DNA of 47,584 nucleotides, filler included, from Sphacelaria rigidula (taxonomy: Eukaryota), in NCBI GenBank assembly GCA_964200075.2. It is 2 parts of 2 records of this genome, joined end to end, with 100 filler letters (N's around TTAATTAATTAA, not from the genome) between each part and the next. Parts side by side here need not be neighbours in the genome. Positions count along the whole stretch, not along the records: positions 1 to 23,750 come from CAXNAA020000247.1; positions 23,851 to 47,584 come from CAXNAA020000248.1. One strand, given 5' to 3'. A program made the translations under genes and the position numbers. Below, piece after piece: positions 22,644 through 34,690 of this stretch (its first letter is position 1; every line of letters starts with the position of its first letter). The notes under the pieces were generated by a model, which had not been told where the DNA came from, did not search any database, and was given only the letters and a program-made list of their open reading frames with translations.

Positions 22644-23321
22644 GTGAATGTGTGGTTTATGGCGGATACCAAACACGGTGACTGCCCATGTGTGTACGCA
22701 GCTGAGCTGCAGAGACAGATCGGCAGCACACGGGTGATGGTGATCGCGGCCTCGATCGCGCAATCATGTCTGCCTTCCTCATTGCTGCATGTTTGTCGCA
22801 GCTCTGGGATCATGGACACGCGCCGCGGGGATACCACGGCGATAGACCAGAACAACCACTCACACCAGTCCATGGCGGACGTGAAGTTCAACAACCGCGG
22901 TTGGAGTACCACGTCTGAAGACGCACAGACGCCCATGACGAAGGCCAATGTTGTCGTCAACTTATCGGAACATGCGCGTATCGACCCCACGGGGAGGATC
23001 GATCGTCTTCTGTGCGGGTGTTACCTATCGGCGGCGGAGAAACACCAGTGCAACGGCAACTGCAAATGCGCGAAGCTTGGGAAGAATTGCTATCCCATAC
23101 TGTGTGGGTGCAGGGGGCGGTGCGATCCTGCTGTCGACGCGCAAAGCGTACTGGTTGGCAAAGGGTTGCAGTTGGTGATGACGAATGAGGTGGATCCCGG
23201 GGGTGATAGCAGCGACGAACCAGAGACGAGCTCGGATGATGACTGCGAGTGGCGTAGCAGCACATCATCGGAGGAATCACGTGGTTCGCACGGAGACACG
23301 GCCGAGGACATACTGGAATGA
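22644..23321 (+). pseudogene. C-terminal segment of the Academ-like protein with a 9-Cys (CXC-like) cluster and acidic tail
   Basis: CGCYLSAAEKHQCNGNCKCAKLGKNCYPILCGCRGRC followed by DPGGDSSDEPETSSDDDCEW; no convincing start codon. Confidence 0.65.
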
Positions 23322-23750
23322 TACTTGGACCGGATGAACGATGTGTGAGAGAGTGGTCAACGCACAGGTATGATACCAAGACCTTCGGCGAAGGAGGTTG
23401 GCGTCGATAGTCATGCGCCCCGGTCCCCCCTCGTTTTTTGTGATGCACAGGCCCGTCCATTGCCCGCAATCCCGGAGATTTCTTCTTCTGTTTGATATTA
23501 TGTTGGATGGATGGGGCTGCGGTGGGTTGCAGCAATTGAGTTGTTGCAATCTGTCAAATGTTGCAATCTGTGAGTTTGTAACATGAGGGGAGCACAATGT
23601 CGCTGCCGTAGATGGTATTGGAATGCAGCTGTCGATGAGTGAGTTTTGGGAAAGCATACCTCGTGGGAGTTGCGCGAGCATGCAACCGCCGATTGATGTC
23701 GATCAGTCATGCTGCGCGGCGACGCCGCCCCTTTTCGGGTGCTATCGTGA

Positions 23751-23850
23751 NNNNNNNNNNNNNNNNNNNNNNNNNNNNNNNNNNNNNNNNNNNNTTAATT
23801 AATTAANNNNNNNNNNNNNNNNNNNNNNNNNNNNNNNNNNNNNNNNNNNN
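23751..23850. other. Assembly gap with artificial six-frame-stop spacer
   Basis: 44 N + TTAATTAATTAA (23795-23806) + 44 N = exactly 100 nt. Confidence 0.95.
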
Positions 23851-23997
23851 GGATGCGTGGTCAATGGTCAAATAACTAAGGCAAGCAACAAATGAGTACC
23901 CCCCCCCCCCCCCCACCGTCAGTGCTCCGTCTCGAAAGGGATGCGTGGTCAATGGTCACACGACTAAGGCAAGCAACACATGAGAATGCCCCCCCCC
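23851..23997 (+). repeat. Two tandem copies of poly-C-associated repeat, variant A
   Basis: ggatgcgtggtcaatggtca..actaaggcaagcaaca.atgag..ccccc occurs twice. Confidence 0.9.
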
Positions 23998-26082
23998 AAA
24001 GCCAGCCCGAAAGTGTCACGAAAACCTGTGCGGTACCTTGCTTCCGTATGCTACCGCGTGGGGAAAAAAAGACACGGCAAGCCCTCATGCCGCTCGCAAA
24101 AATATAGCGCACATTTCACACGGGGTCGTTTCAGCCATCTGTTCCTTTTAGATAGCCACCTGCTCCATAGGTGCATGGAGTTCATACGGCACCCGTGTGT
24201 ACCAGGATGCACTGTGACATCGACCGTTATCTGCCCGACGACCTGCCCCCTGAAATGCATAAGATGCTCACCATCTGAAACCGCACCCTCAACATCACAC
24301 CAGCAGTCAGGACACATCCCACGGGACGTCGGATGGGGTTGAGATCATGCTCGACTCAGGGATGGACGAGATCACGCATCATGCAGACAGCGGGTACCAG
24401 GCGACACCGAAATCGCTCTGCTTGTCGATGTGTAAAGTCACGTGAAGTTTCGCCAATCGTTACTTGTGTCTGCACACGCGTTGACAAGAAAGAACGAAGT
24501 CTGCCATGATTTGGCTCACACCGCTTCTCGTCGCTAGTGCATGTGGCCACGGGGTATCATGTCATTGAACAGAGAGTTTCAGTGCCGCCATCATCGAGAG
24601 AGGAGACCCGTTTCGCACTAACGAACATGTGAACGAACGTCACTGTACAATACGTGGGGATAAAATGATGGAACATGGCCCAACTCATACTATTCTTCTC
24701 CCACGTAATCACTTATCAGCACACATTATGCAAATTTATCACGGGTCCCCAGCCATACTTCAGCTGAAAATGTCATACCTTCAGATTGAGAATTAAGTGG
24801 GTGCAATTCTATACCTTTTCTTCCTCTGTGTCATGTTTTCGTGGAGAGCCCGAATGAGGAAAAGTACTTGGAAGCTTCAGAACAATACGAAATTTGACCA
24901 ACGGGATTGGACTCAGATTTAGAGCCCAGTGTGGCTACAAAAAGTGCAAATGAAAACACACCACGTCGCCATCCCAGGCAAAGGAAGGACGACGCGAGAG
25001 ACCACGGAGGTGTGCTAAGGGCTGGTCAACCTACTGAATAACGTGAGCCTTCCTAGAATTTCCATTCCAAGCAAGAATTTTTGACTCGAGCTCGTGCATA
25101 CTGTTCTGTCATACGGAGTCGAGTAAATCGAGACAAATCGATTGAACCGTTATACTATAGTTGTGTTAGGTTCGTCTCTCAAGTCGTCTCTCGTTCGGGG
25201 CTCCACTGAAGACGACCCGTGATTGCGATGATCACTGGGCAGCACACGCGAGCGCAACATAATTCCATGTATTGAAGTAGTCAACACCACGCAATGCTAT
25301 TCCCTCGCATAACTGGCCCGTGTCCGAGACGAAGGCATGTGTTACGGATAAATGCCGCAGGTCTAGTGAGTTTTTACAGTCATCATGCCTCTTATAACAG
25401 AGGCGCAGAATGCAATGATAAATGATTCCCAATGCCCGCCCGGTGCTGGCATTTTGCTTCATCATCCTATGGTACTTACATATTTGTATTTGGTTCGCCC
25501 TACGGGTCTGCTGTTGATTGAGTTCATGAGTCCGTTGGTAATGCTTTTTACGTGCTACGTTTTACGTCAGATACGGGGCGATTCACACACTTTTGTGGGC
25601 AACTGTTCGGTGCTGTGGTGGCAACAACAAGAGAGGAACCTTATTTCCTTGTACGTTACACTGCTATACTCGTACCAGTACCGACTTGTGTTGATGTGAA
25701 GACGATCCTTTTATACAATCGATTGTAGGCAGCACTTTTGTGGTACGTACCATATATACATGTACAAAATCCCAAGCTGGAATTCATGCCAGATCGTTGT
25801 CATCTCTGTTTAGCCGTATTTGCCCTGGAATGCGTGTTATCGCACGTCTACAACTGGTCGCAGGGCGAATTGGAAGACGCATCGCCGCGTCTCACGGCTG
25901 TCGAGGCACGTCAAGTTGCATGTGATTTTAACTAAGAATGATTCTTAGACCCCCTCTGTTGCAACCCGATTGGGTGAACGAATCGTCCATTTATCCTCTC
26001 GTTCTTGGAGCCAGCGCACGGATAAGCTGCCAAGGTACACACAAAAAGCGCAGGGCTGGGACTAGTACTGAGAGGAGGTGGA

Positions 26083-26202
26083 ATGAAGTCTCTGAGTCGG
26101 AAGGTGGACAGCTTCGATGGCCAAACTATAACTATAGATGGCAAATCTGCTTATGAACTGGGAGGTTTTCTTGGCGGAGGGGCAGCTGGCGTCGTTTACG
26201 AG
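26083..26202 (+). CDS. Ser/Thr protein kinase (CAMK/SnRK-CIPK-like), exon 1
   Basis: MKSLSRKVDSFDGQTITIDGKSAYELGGFLGGGAAGVVYE with Gly-rich loop; upstream in-frame TAA; donor GAG|gtatgt, phase 0. Absent from the ORF track because it is too short. Confidence 0.85.
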
Positions 26203-26929
26203 GTATGTGTTGTGTGCTGCGTGTCTTCAGGAAAATGTGTCGCACAAACGATTGAAAAATAATCTCTCGTTTCTTGTTTTCACTTGCACCTCACGTCGGC
26301 CTGTGTCAATACTAGTATAGTCTGTATCACAGATTACGGCACGAACCTGGCGTACCCTTTTCGAGATGTTACATGACGTCATGTTCTGCTTGCAGTACAT
26401 ACAGTACTGCGGTGAATACGTTCACTTCCGGTTTGGAGTGGTGTGTTGGGTTTTACCGGCTGCAGAGGCAGTTTGTATCGAGTCAGTCATGCAACGGCCT
26501 TCCGACTGTTCCATCACCTGTTCTGTCGCGTGTCGGTGATGGGCAAAGTGGGCCGTCTTGGATGGACTCTTTCACAAATGAGCAAAATTCGATATTGCGT
26601 TGCTATGAGATTGGAGTTTTCAGTTCCCAGTTGAGGTTGGGAGGGCGATCGCGCGAGTCAAAAGCACTGACGACAGGGCTGTGATGAACGCAGTCACGAT
26701 AATGCCCCCCTCCTTTGCACCGTGTTCGCGGAATCAAACGGCTCGCCTTATCCGATGGGGCAACTCTCTGGATTTGATGCGCTTTGACTGTCCTGCAAAT
26801 ACGACAATGCCAGCACCCACGGTTACGCCCAAGGGTGAAAAGTTGGAAGGTTTTCTTGAAGCAAGAACCCCTTTTGTTGGTGTCTGCACATGTTGAGCAC
26901 GGCAGCTGTTCACGTTGTATCATAAATAC

Positions 26930-27925
26930 GGTGGTTTGAAAACTGTGTGGTGAAGCCTCTTAGTATATTGACTTACCTTGTGAAGTTCGTCTCTATTTTG
27001 CGTTCTCCCAGTCGGATTGCATACAAACCCGGCTCTAAATTCTGTATTCTTGAGTACATGGTGAGCAAGGCCAGCTTTTGACACAAAAGCGACCACCTTC
27101 TCTCGTACGTCTTGCTGCAAGAGCTCGCGCAATATCGTCGTACTGCTTTCTGTAGTGTAACGTTTACTGTCTGTGAAGTGATGCATCGCCTCAGGACAGC
27201 GGCGGCTCATGTGTTATTTCCTAAAGGACGATTGCGCGCCTTTGCACGATGTCCGTCATACGGTATGGACGCACTATAGGAGTGTAGTAGGCTGCACCAT
27301 TAATGCTATAGTGTGCCACTAGTATTGATGCCCTGTGTTGCTTCGAGGGCATTGAGAATGTCTTGGTTTTCGCAAGCAATACTGCCTCATACTGTTCGTC
27401 CCTGTTTCGGAACACAAGCGGTAACTCAATTTTTTCCCAATTAACCCTTTTTGGACCGACCCCCCACCAACACAGGGTTGACCCTGTGTTGGTGAAATAA
27501 TAATAAACAAGTCTTCGAGCGACCTGCTCAATCACGGCGAGGCAAAATTTATCGCCCAGATCCGAACGACCGGTGCTGGGGTTGTTGGCGAGTATGATGC
27601 CACTGTAAAGATCGTGTGGGACCCTATCCCTGGCCCAGAAAAGCCTTCGCAGGTTTCCAAATGCAGGGCGGTCCGAGCTTGGTATATGATGTGACTTGTA
27701 CTCAGTATACCTTTCCCGAGTTTTCCGGTGGGTTTTTTGGGTCTCAATTTCCTACTAAAATGTAGTAATTACACTAACACAGGGTTGAGCGGAAAACCGG
27801 GAAGGAGTGAAGGAGTGTACATGCTACCATGTGGTCATTTTCACCACCCCCTAAAACCAGGTGGGCTGTCGAAACACAACAGGATATACCGTCATGAGTT
27901 CTGCTTATCCTTCTGGCGATGACCT
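26930..27925 (-). pseudogene. Possible hAT-like transposase N-terminal relic inside kinase intron 1
   Basis: Broken BED-finger-like pieces (CNYY ... ARTALHLETCEGF) followed by KVVAFVSKAGLAHHVLKNTEFRA; splice-like sites ctgcag| (about 27925) and AAG|gtaagt (about 26977). Weak, by-eye similarity. Confidence 0.3.
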
Positions 27926-28890
27926 GCAGGGTGCAGTCAACATGTATGTAGTGGGCGGAGATGAAGAAGCGGTATAGAGGCAGTTGATCTCGGTAGCTGA
28001 GAATTGCCAGAACGTGCAAGGGAGTAAGCAGCGGCAGCTGCTGCTTCAGTCGGAGAGGCCTACTACAATGTACTGTACTATACTGTTGGATTTTCAGCAA
28101 CACGCCACTTTTTCGTTTAGACACCAGACACGTCATTCCTCACCAGCCTCTTGGTCGTTCTGGAGGCCCGGTCCCAAAAGGGTCAAGGGACAACGGTAAG
28201 CCTCCGTACACCTTTATTTATTTTTTGGTGGTGGGGGATCTAAAATACGCTCACTATTATTCCTCATTCACACACGGGTCAATTTCGCGAAGCAGCAATG
28301 TGTCAAGAGGGTATAGCCATTTCTTCGTTTCAAAGCGTTACTTCATTGTTTGGAGTGCGCTTATATGAGAGCTTCGGTCATGGACAGTCTGATGCTCCCA
28401 AGCCATAGTGTCCTCCGCGTAACAAATCAGATGGATTTTTCTACCCTGTCCCCGCCCACTGGTATTGGTTTATCACGCTCGCGATTGTCCCGCGAGAACA
28501 ATTTTATTATCATGGGAATGCTCTGTAAGCGAGAGAGCCGTGGCGTTCTGCGCAAGCTACGAGTAGGGGCACATGAGACCATCAACCTCATGAAAGTTCC
28601 GCATATGGGTGTCCACTCCATAAGCAAGTGATAGATACTGTCTTGACATTTTTCACGTCGAATGCCTGAGCGAGGAGAGGGGCGGAGACTCAAGCAGGCG
28701 CACTCGTGAACATACAAACAACACCGATTTTTGCGCAACTTCAACTCCGCCAAACCCGGAGTAAACGCACCTGAGAAAAGTGAGGATGGTATGGTGACGA
28801 TTATGGCACACTCCTCACTCTACTTCACCTTACGTGAAGAGACAACAGAAAGTACTCGACGCCGGAGTGGTTCGAGAGCGCACCATTTAA

Positions 28891-28988
28891 CCCTTAGACC
28901 GCGAGATTAGTCTTTCTGGATCATGCATTTTTTTTTTCACTTGAAATTGATGCCGATTCAACAGAAGACTAACCTCGCGGTCTAAGGG
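28891..28988. mobile_element. 98-bp piggyBac-type MITE with TTAA target duplication
   Basis: TTAA|CCCTTAGACCGCGAGATTAGTCTT ... AAGACTAACCTCGCGGTCTAAGGG|TTAA; 24-bp TIR with 1 mismatch. Confidence 0.93.
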
Positions 28989-29059
28989 TTAAGGGTCCAC
29001 TGAGCCAGAGTGGGTTGAAAGCGCATCATTTCGGTTGAGTTGTCGCGCGCATGTTTTCT

Positions 29060-30110
29060 TTGCCGCGAGAAAACCCAAGAAGCTGTAGCTGTTTTCGTGG
29101 CCTTCCAGAAAATATTCCGCCTTCGCTCACATACTCATGGTTGACATGGTCCCGAGTTGGTCGTTCAACACTTGAGTCTCCATTTTCGGTTGAGAACTCG
29201 GAGAGCTGCTTGCCGCATAAGAGCTGATGCCAATGTGATGCAGTTGAGTGCTACAAACACGCACACTTTTGTTTCGTTTATCGCGCGCCACAGAATGGGT
29301 TTCCTAAACCTTGAAGAAACGGCGCTGATTTGGAGCGGGACAGATTTGCTCGGTAACTACCAATCAGATAGCTCCATTTCGCTTGGGAATCGTCGGAGGA
29401 GTAGTCTAAAACCTAGTGTTTGTGCGGTCTAATCTCGTAGCGCGTTCCAACGCAATACAGTTTCATAGATGGTACACTGAACACAATACAGTAGCACGGT
29501 ACAGTACAGGCCCCCAACGCACAGCAGCAGCAGGAGTGTCGCAGCTGCGGACAGCGCGTTGTTCGTATTACGGAAGAGGGAACAGCCAACCCACCCATTG
29601 AGTTTTCGACAGTGTGCAGCCAGCACTGCGTGCCGACTAACATTGCTTTTTGCAGAGACGAACACAACGACAATATCGTAGCTCGTGGAATCCAAGCCGT
29701 ATTCACAATGCGCGAACACACAACAGGACACGTAGTTGAAGCTCCAACACTTGAGAGAGGACTCGAGTGTTTTTGCTGCGGGACAGAAGTGAAACTCAAC
29801 ATGTCCCATGTTTTAGTCCTCCGTCCGATCTCGGGGAAGTCCCCAAATTGGACCAGTGCCGAGTTTGAACGCTCGGCCGTAGTCGCGCTTCTTTCAATTC
29901 ACTTTGAGTTACCCTTGTCTGTATGTCGGAGGTTTGGCCTGCGATGTGGGCTTCACCCGCTAATCTAGTTGAGCAGATTCGATCCCGATACATCTTCATT
30001 TTGCCAAAGAAACCCACGAAGGCGTAGCTTTAGTTTTTACGTTCTCCCAGAAAATATCCCGCGTTCGTTATACTCATGGTTGATGGGGTCCCGAGTTGGT
30101 CGTTGAACAT
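29060..30110 (+). repeat. Diverged direct repeat pair of about 110 bp (29060-29170 and 30001-30110)
   Basis: ccagaaaatat.ccgc.ttcg...atactcatggttga...ggtcccgagttggtcgtt.aaca shared. Confidence 0.75.
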
Positions 30111-30177
30111 CCACGTATATCCATTTTTGCCCCTTACACGAACGAAATGCGGTTACGTACAATGGATACTCTCTTGA

Positions 30178-30275
30178 CCGTTTGGCCGCGAGCATTAGGT
30201 CACCTGTTGGACCAGCATCAATTTCGCCTTGAATATTACTGTATGACCACGTTACCTACCCTCGCGGTCAAGTGG
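30178..30275. mobile_element. Second, diverged 98-bp piggyBac-type MITE, inverted relative to the first
   Basis: TTGA|CCGTTTGGCCGCGAG ... CTCGCGGTCAAGTGG|TTAA; internal gcatcaatttc is the reverse complement of gaaattgatgc in the first copy. Confidence 0.7.
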
Positions 30276-32391
30276 TTAAAGTTAAAGTGCACGGCAGGCT
30301 CTTGCGTCTCCACGGGGAGACATGGGCACGTGTCGTCCCAGCCGTTATACCTGATCGGTGTCCTGCCCCAGCGTCAGCTTCAACACCCGGCGTTATGTTT
30401 CCCATCATCCAAGATGTTGGGCGATACTTGGCCCACGCCTAAACCCTCAGATCCCAACAAGCCCTGATTTTCGGCGCTAGGTTACTGTCTACGCTGCCAG
30501 GAATTTTCCTCAAATTTCGTGGAAGTATAGCAGTATTGGTATAGTCATTGAAGTCCCGTGCGAGCTTTTGAAGCTAATAGAATCAAGAACGCGAGCAATG
30601 CGCATCTTATGCTGCCGACTGCCGGCGAACGGACATGCGCAGAATTTGTTTTTGTGTAGCTGTGACGTGGTCCGTGTTTGGCCCCATCAGTGAAGAATTG
30701 TCCCGGTTTTTTGCGGGGTCGGCGCAGCGGTGCGATGCTTCGTGAATTATCGGACGGCTCTTTGCGTGGGGTTCGAGTAAGATTACGCCTTGAAAAGACG
30801 GGAAAGGGACGGACTTCTAGTCATATGTATGTTGTAAACTATTTCTATTGTGTGCCATTTTGTGGATGATTTTCTGAGTCTTTTTCAACACCCTTTGTGT
30901 CGCTTTTCGACTCCAGAAACGTAGGCTGCCGATATGTTCGGGGGAGCAACTGGAGTTGTTCCAAGAGTAGCCATTACAGCGTTTTTTTTTTCAATCATAA
31001 GGTGCAACGATATGCCGCCGTCTGCGGCGTGCAGGCGGGCCTCTCTTGTCATCACGATCCATGTATCATCCTTTGTTCACGTTTTGTGCATCATCATTCC
31101 ACGGCGCAATATTGAGATTTTTGGCATGGTAACTCACAGCGGGCGGGGTGGCTAAACGGGTTGTCAGTAACCCTGGTTGTGGTGATTGTATTTCTGTGCT
31201 GGTTTCCCTCCCCCCGTAAGATCCGGTGAACGTGTTTTATACTTCTACACAAGGACTACCGTGTGCCAGCTGTTACAGGGAAAGTGGGATGCTCTTCACC
31301 GCCGTTCTTATGTCCCGCGACTTTGAAACCGGTGTGCGATTATGTTGTTCGCGGATCTTGTTCGGTGGCTTCCATCACGCTGAACATTGTTGTTCATCGC
31401 CTCGGTTGTTGGGTCATACTCTCGTAGGTGCGTCGCATGTTTAGCACTGAGTGTACGATGCGAACAGTCGTGTGCATCAAGCATCCCACGCGAAAAAGTT
31501 GAGATCAGGAGACGAGGTAAAAGGAATGCCGCTAGTGACCAAGGAACTTCGATTTATTGGCTCGTTCTTCATGTTGTACCTACTTTCGGTGCCATGAGGC
31601 CTTCCAACAACCTGAAATCTCTACACCAAAACGCAGGTCGTCGCATTACCCGATATCACTCCACTAGCTCGATGTTGTTGAGCGGCAAGAGGCGGAACCG
31701 AGCTCATGCATGTTGATCTCCAGAATGTAATGTTCGGAAAAGGATATAGATGTTGAGCTTTTTGATGTAGTTCCATGAAGTCCCGACCATATGGTTCACA
31801 TACCGTTATCAACCATGGGGGATAATGGTTCGCGGTATATTTTTTTCCGTACCAGCCCGTGTCCCGGTCGACCCTTTGTATTGCAATGCACAGACAGTAC
31901 CGCTGCGCTGTGCACACATGGACACGAAGCATGGATTTAACCCCAGACCGTCTGGGCTGGTCAGATACGGGCACTGTTGTTGGCCAGTGTTGAGCTCCGT
32001 CTCGCAGTCGGGTTCGCAAAAGCGGCAGGTAGCCGCGGGTATTATTGTCAAGAAACAAAATGTGGAAAAAGAGCGAAGTGTCTATTTCCCTACTCCCGGC
32101 CCGTCCGCCGCACAGTGTGTGCAGAGGGCAGTCTGCTTGCTAATTGCTGTCTTGCCTTTTTTGGACATTTGGATACCGGGTGCGACGGTTCGTTTTTACC
32201 ACAGGTCACGAGCACAGGCAGCCACAGAATCTTCAACCTGGGAATGACCAGCTAATTCAATAATAGTCATGAGTTAATGGGAAGTATTTGACGAGTCACT
32301 CGTGAACGTTTTGTGTCATTCTTTTCTATATGATCGTACTCCCGTCCGGGGCGCAACGTGCCTCGAGGACACTCTGTCTGCTGCTTGCTGT

Positions 32392-32727
32392 GACACCTTC
32401 TACGATAGCCCCCCCCCCAAAAAAAATGTGTTCCGTCTCGAAAGGGATGCGTGGTCAATCGTCAAACGACTGAGGCAAGCAACAAATGAGTACGCCCCCC
32501 CCAAAAAAAAAATCTAGTTTGGGGGGGCAAAATCTTCACGTTTATCGAAATAGAAAAAGCCGAACACAGCGACCAGCTGGAAATTTCAACGCTTGGGCTC
32601 GTTCTTGCCAGTGTCGTCCATATGAGACGCTTCATGCAGCCTGAACCCAAACATCGGGCGCTGTAAGTCCAATTTTTTCGCGACACTTTTGGGCTGGTTT
32701 TGGGAGGCGGCTATCGTAGAAAGTGTC
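32392..32727. mobile_element. MITE-like element with TIRs of about 30 bp, carrying a poly-C repeat copy (32428-32502)
   Basis: gacaccttctacgatagcccccccccaaaa vs ttttgggaggcggctatcgtagaaagtgtc. Confidence 0.7.
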
Positions 32728-32824
32728 CTGTCCTGCCATTTTTGGACGCGTACATATCTCAAGTGCGACGGTTCGTTTCAGTTGTCCTATGCTGGAAATG
32801 TTCTCCGGCCGTCTGATGAGATGT

Positions 32825-32874
32825 ACGGCCTCTGAGTCCACCAAAATTCACGGCCTCTGAGTCCACCGAAATTC
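32825..32874 (+). repeat. 25-bp tandem duplication
   Basis: acggcctctgagtccacc(a/g)aaattc x2. Confidence 0.9.
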
Positions 32875-33947
32875 GGATTTCGAATTTCAACTTTTCCGTT
32901 CAACGGCGGCTGTGCTCGATGGTCCCGGCTGCAATTTGGCGCCACTGGCGTAGGATAATCCATATTCGGTCCTGTGGAAGGAACGATCCCCGGAGCAGAG
33001 AACAAAATTGTTTTTTTTAGTGAAAGCGCGGCATTCCCATGATGAAGCCGAGAGGGCCCGACGCGAAGAGCGTTATGCCGTTGTTTTCTTGGCCATGTAG
33101 CGCCTCCTCGCGTCGGTATTCTTGCATCTCCCACACCCACGCGGCGGCTGTGTCCTTGAGTTGAATGGTGGCTGCTGATGCCAACATATGTTCCAGTACG
33201 CGGACACTGGTACACGCACATTCAGAGGGGATGTCTGGGGGTATGGGGGTGAAGGTGGGAGCGGTTAATAACTATGACACACGCAGATGTGACGAACCAT
33301 TTTGAGGCACAGCACAATCCCCCCATTTTTTCACGTCTGCTCGAACGGGGTATGCGGTACTCATACTTCGAGTCGTTGAGCCGCAAGACACACAATTAGA
33401 TGTCCATACTGGAGTTGACTCAAGTGTCGATGCTGCACTCGGTGAAAGAGTACACAGCTTCGAGGTAATGACCCGGACTGACTGCAAGTCAGGGAGTTTA
33501 GACTCGATGTGATAGCCAGGAAAAGGGTCGACTTGGTTGCGGAGTTGCCTGAAGATCACTCCACACCCGCTAAAAACAGGGCCAGAAAAAATCATGCCAC
33601 CAAACGAGTATGTGTAATCCATGCTCAGCAGGTCCCTTGTGCAACTGCGTTTGGGAAGTGTTGTGTTAAAAACTCGCGGTTGAAGCGCAAACCCCTTGAG
33701 GAGAGGGGTGGGAAGGGAAAGAGGGGAAAGCTGAGAGACACGCCACCCGCTTAACCACCGAACACTTTCTTCGTCTTTGTTTGCCCTGTCTTGAAAATTC
33801 TCAACACTCAAGTACGGTCATGCCTGAACAACAAGAGAAGCTTCGCCAATGCCTGAAGTCTGGTGGTGCATGAATCGAGATAACCTGCCCCCTGATTGCC
33901 GTTGCTCTCTGTGTCACCCTCAACCTGTCTCCTCTGCTTCTTATAAG

Positions 33948-34322
33948 GGGGCGGACGTCTCGGAGGATTCTCACGTCCAACCCGTCGCCATCAAGATCCT
34001 GAATCCCATAGGATTCAGGCTCGCGCCAGAGGACACGCTCCGAAGATGTGTGGTAGCAAGACGCGGCCGTCTCCCCAGTGGCTACGTACAAAACGGTACG
34101 ACGTATTCAGCTAAAACCGCCGGAGGCGTCTTGGTCGGCGACCAGAGGGGGACTGGGATGGGGGGGTTGTCATCTGCTCCAGGTGTCCTTGGTAGCGGAG
34201 CAGAGACCGCGGGAGGGAGCGGTGCCATTGGCTCTGCGAGCTCTCGGTTCTCGCAAAACGGTTCCAAGCACGTTCTTGGTCCTGAGCACGTGTGGTGGCT
34301 AGTTAGCCCGAACACCAAGCAG
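33948..34322 (+). CDS. Kinase exon 2 (subdomain II VAIK + start of insert)
   Basis: ttataag|GGG; GADVSEDSHVQPVAIKILNP...HVWWLVSPNTKQ; CAG|gtgtgt; phase 0/0. Confidence 0.9.
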
Positions 34323-34690
34323 GTGTGTGTTGTGATGGGTTCGGTTCGTTTCACAGTGCCCCCCCCCCGGATGGCGCGGTGGGTCGCCAGCTCGGCGTGA
34401 AAGCCCTTTCTAGGGACCCACACTTGAAAGGATCGGTGCGTTTACTTGCGGATGTGGTGCAATAGCGAATTGGACTCGTGACATGTGACTGCACTGGGAG
34501 GGAACCTCCTCTGTACCGGTATATACATTGGAGAGACGTGTAACATCTGGTCAAGTTTATATTATACGCGGTTGACATCGTTGAAGGTGTTGGTGACTAC
34601 CAGCGTGACCGATATAGAGCGGATGAGAAAAAATGCTCGTGAGTCATGGTGCTTTTGCGGAACATTTTTTCCCCCCGTGTTGTCGTTCAG

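Larger units (their letters stand above)
17710..23321 (+). mobile_element. Degraded Academ (AcademX-like) DNA transposon relic: DDE core + XPG/PIN-like nuclease + Cys-rich finger
   Basis: Collinear + strand fragments across stops and frameshifts: DNPDLAVNDVRTG (18309), AGRKFVRVYFGDCPTYIL (19094-19147), HGGALIKRTLHQLH (about 19590), HLNIANTGA...TYEASALG...KGFKYM..DLT (20740-20900), HHCEALNKAGALVLVYD*KGDV (21832-21897), FDICSSFF (about 22142), LPSSLLHVCRS...GW...LLCGC..C.GNCKC.K.GKNC...LCGC.GRC plus acidic tail (22770-23321). Order matches remembered AcademX architecture. No termini found. Confidence 0.6.

Noticed and set aside
23795-23806. TTAATTAATTAA palindrome inside Ns
   Set aside because: Artificial scaffolding spacer centred in a 100-nt gap; adjacency across it is not guaranteed.
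25938-26156. 72-aa ORF as kinase start
   Set aside because: Wrong frame; the Gly-rich loop and splice donor are in the frame starting at ATG 26083.
32805-32875. Hammerhead ribozyme candidate (CTGATGAG), also checked at 8516, 10964, 11955 and 35933
   Set aside because: No stem II followed by GAAA and no stem III/UH in the correct topology.
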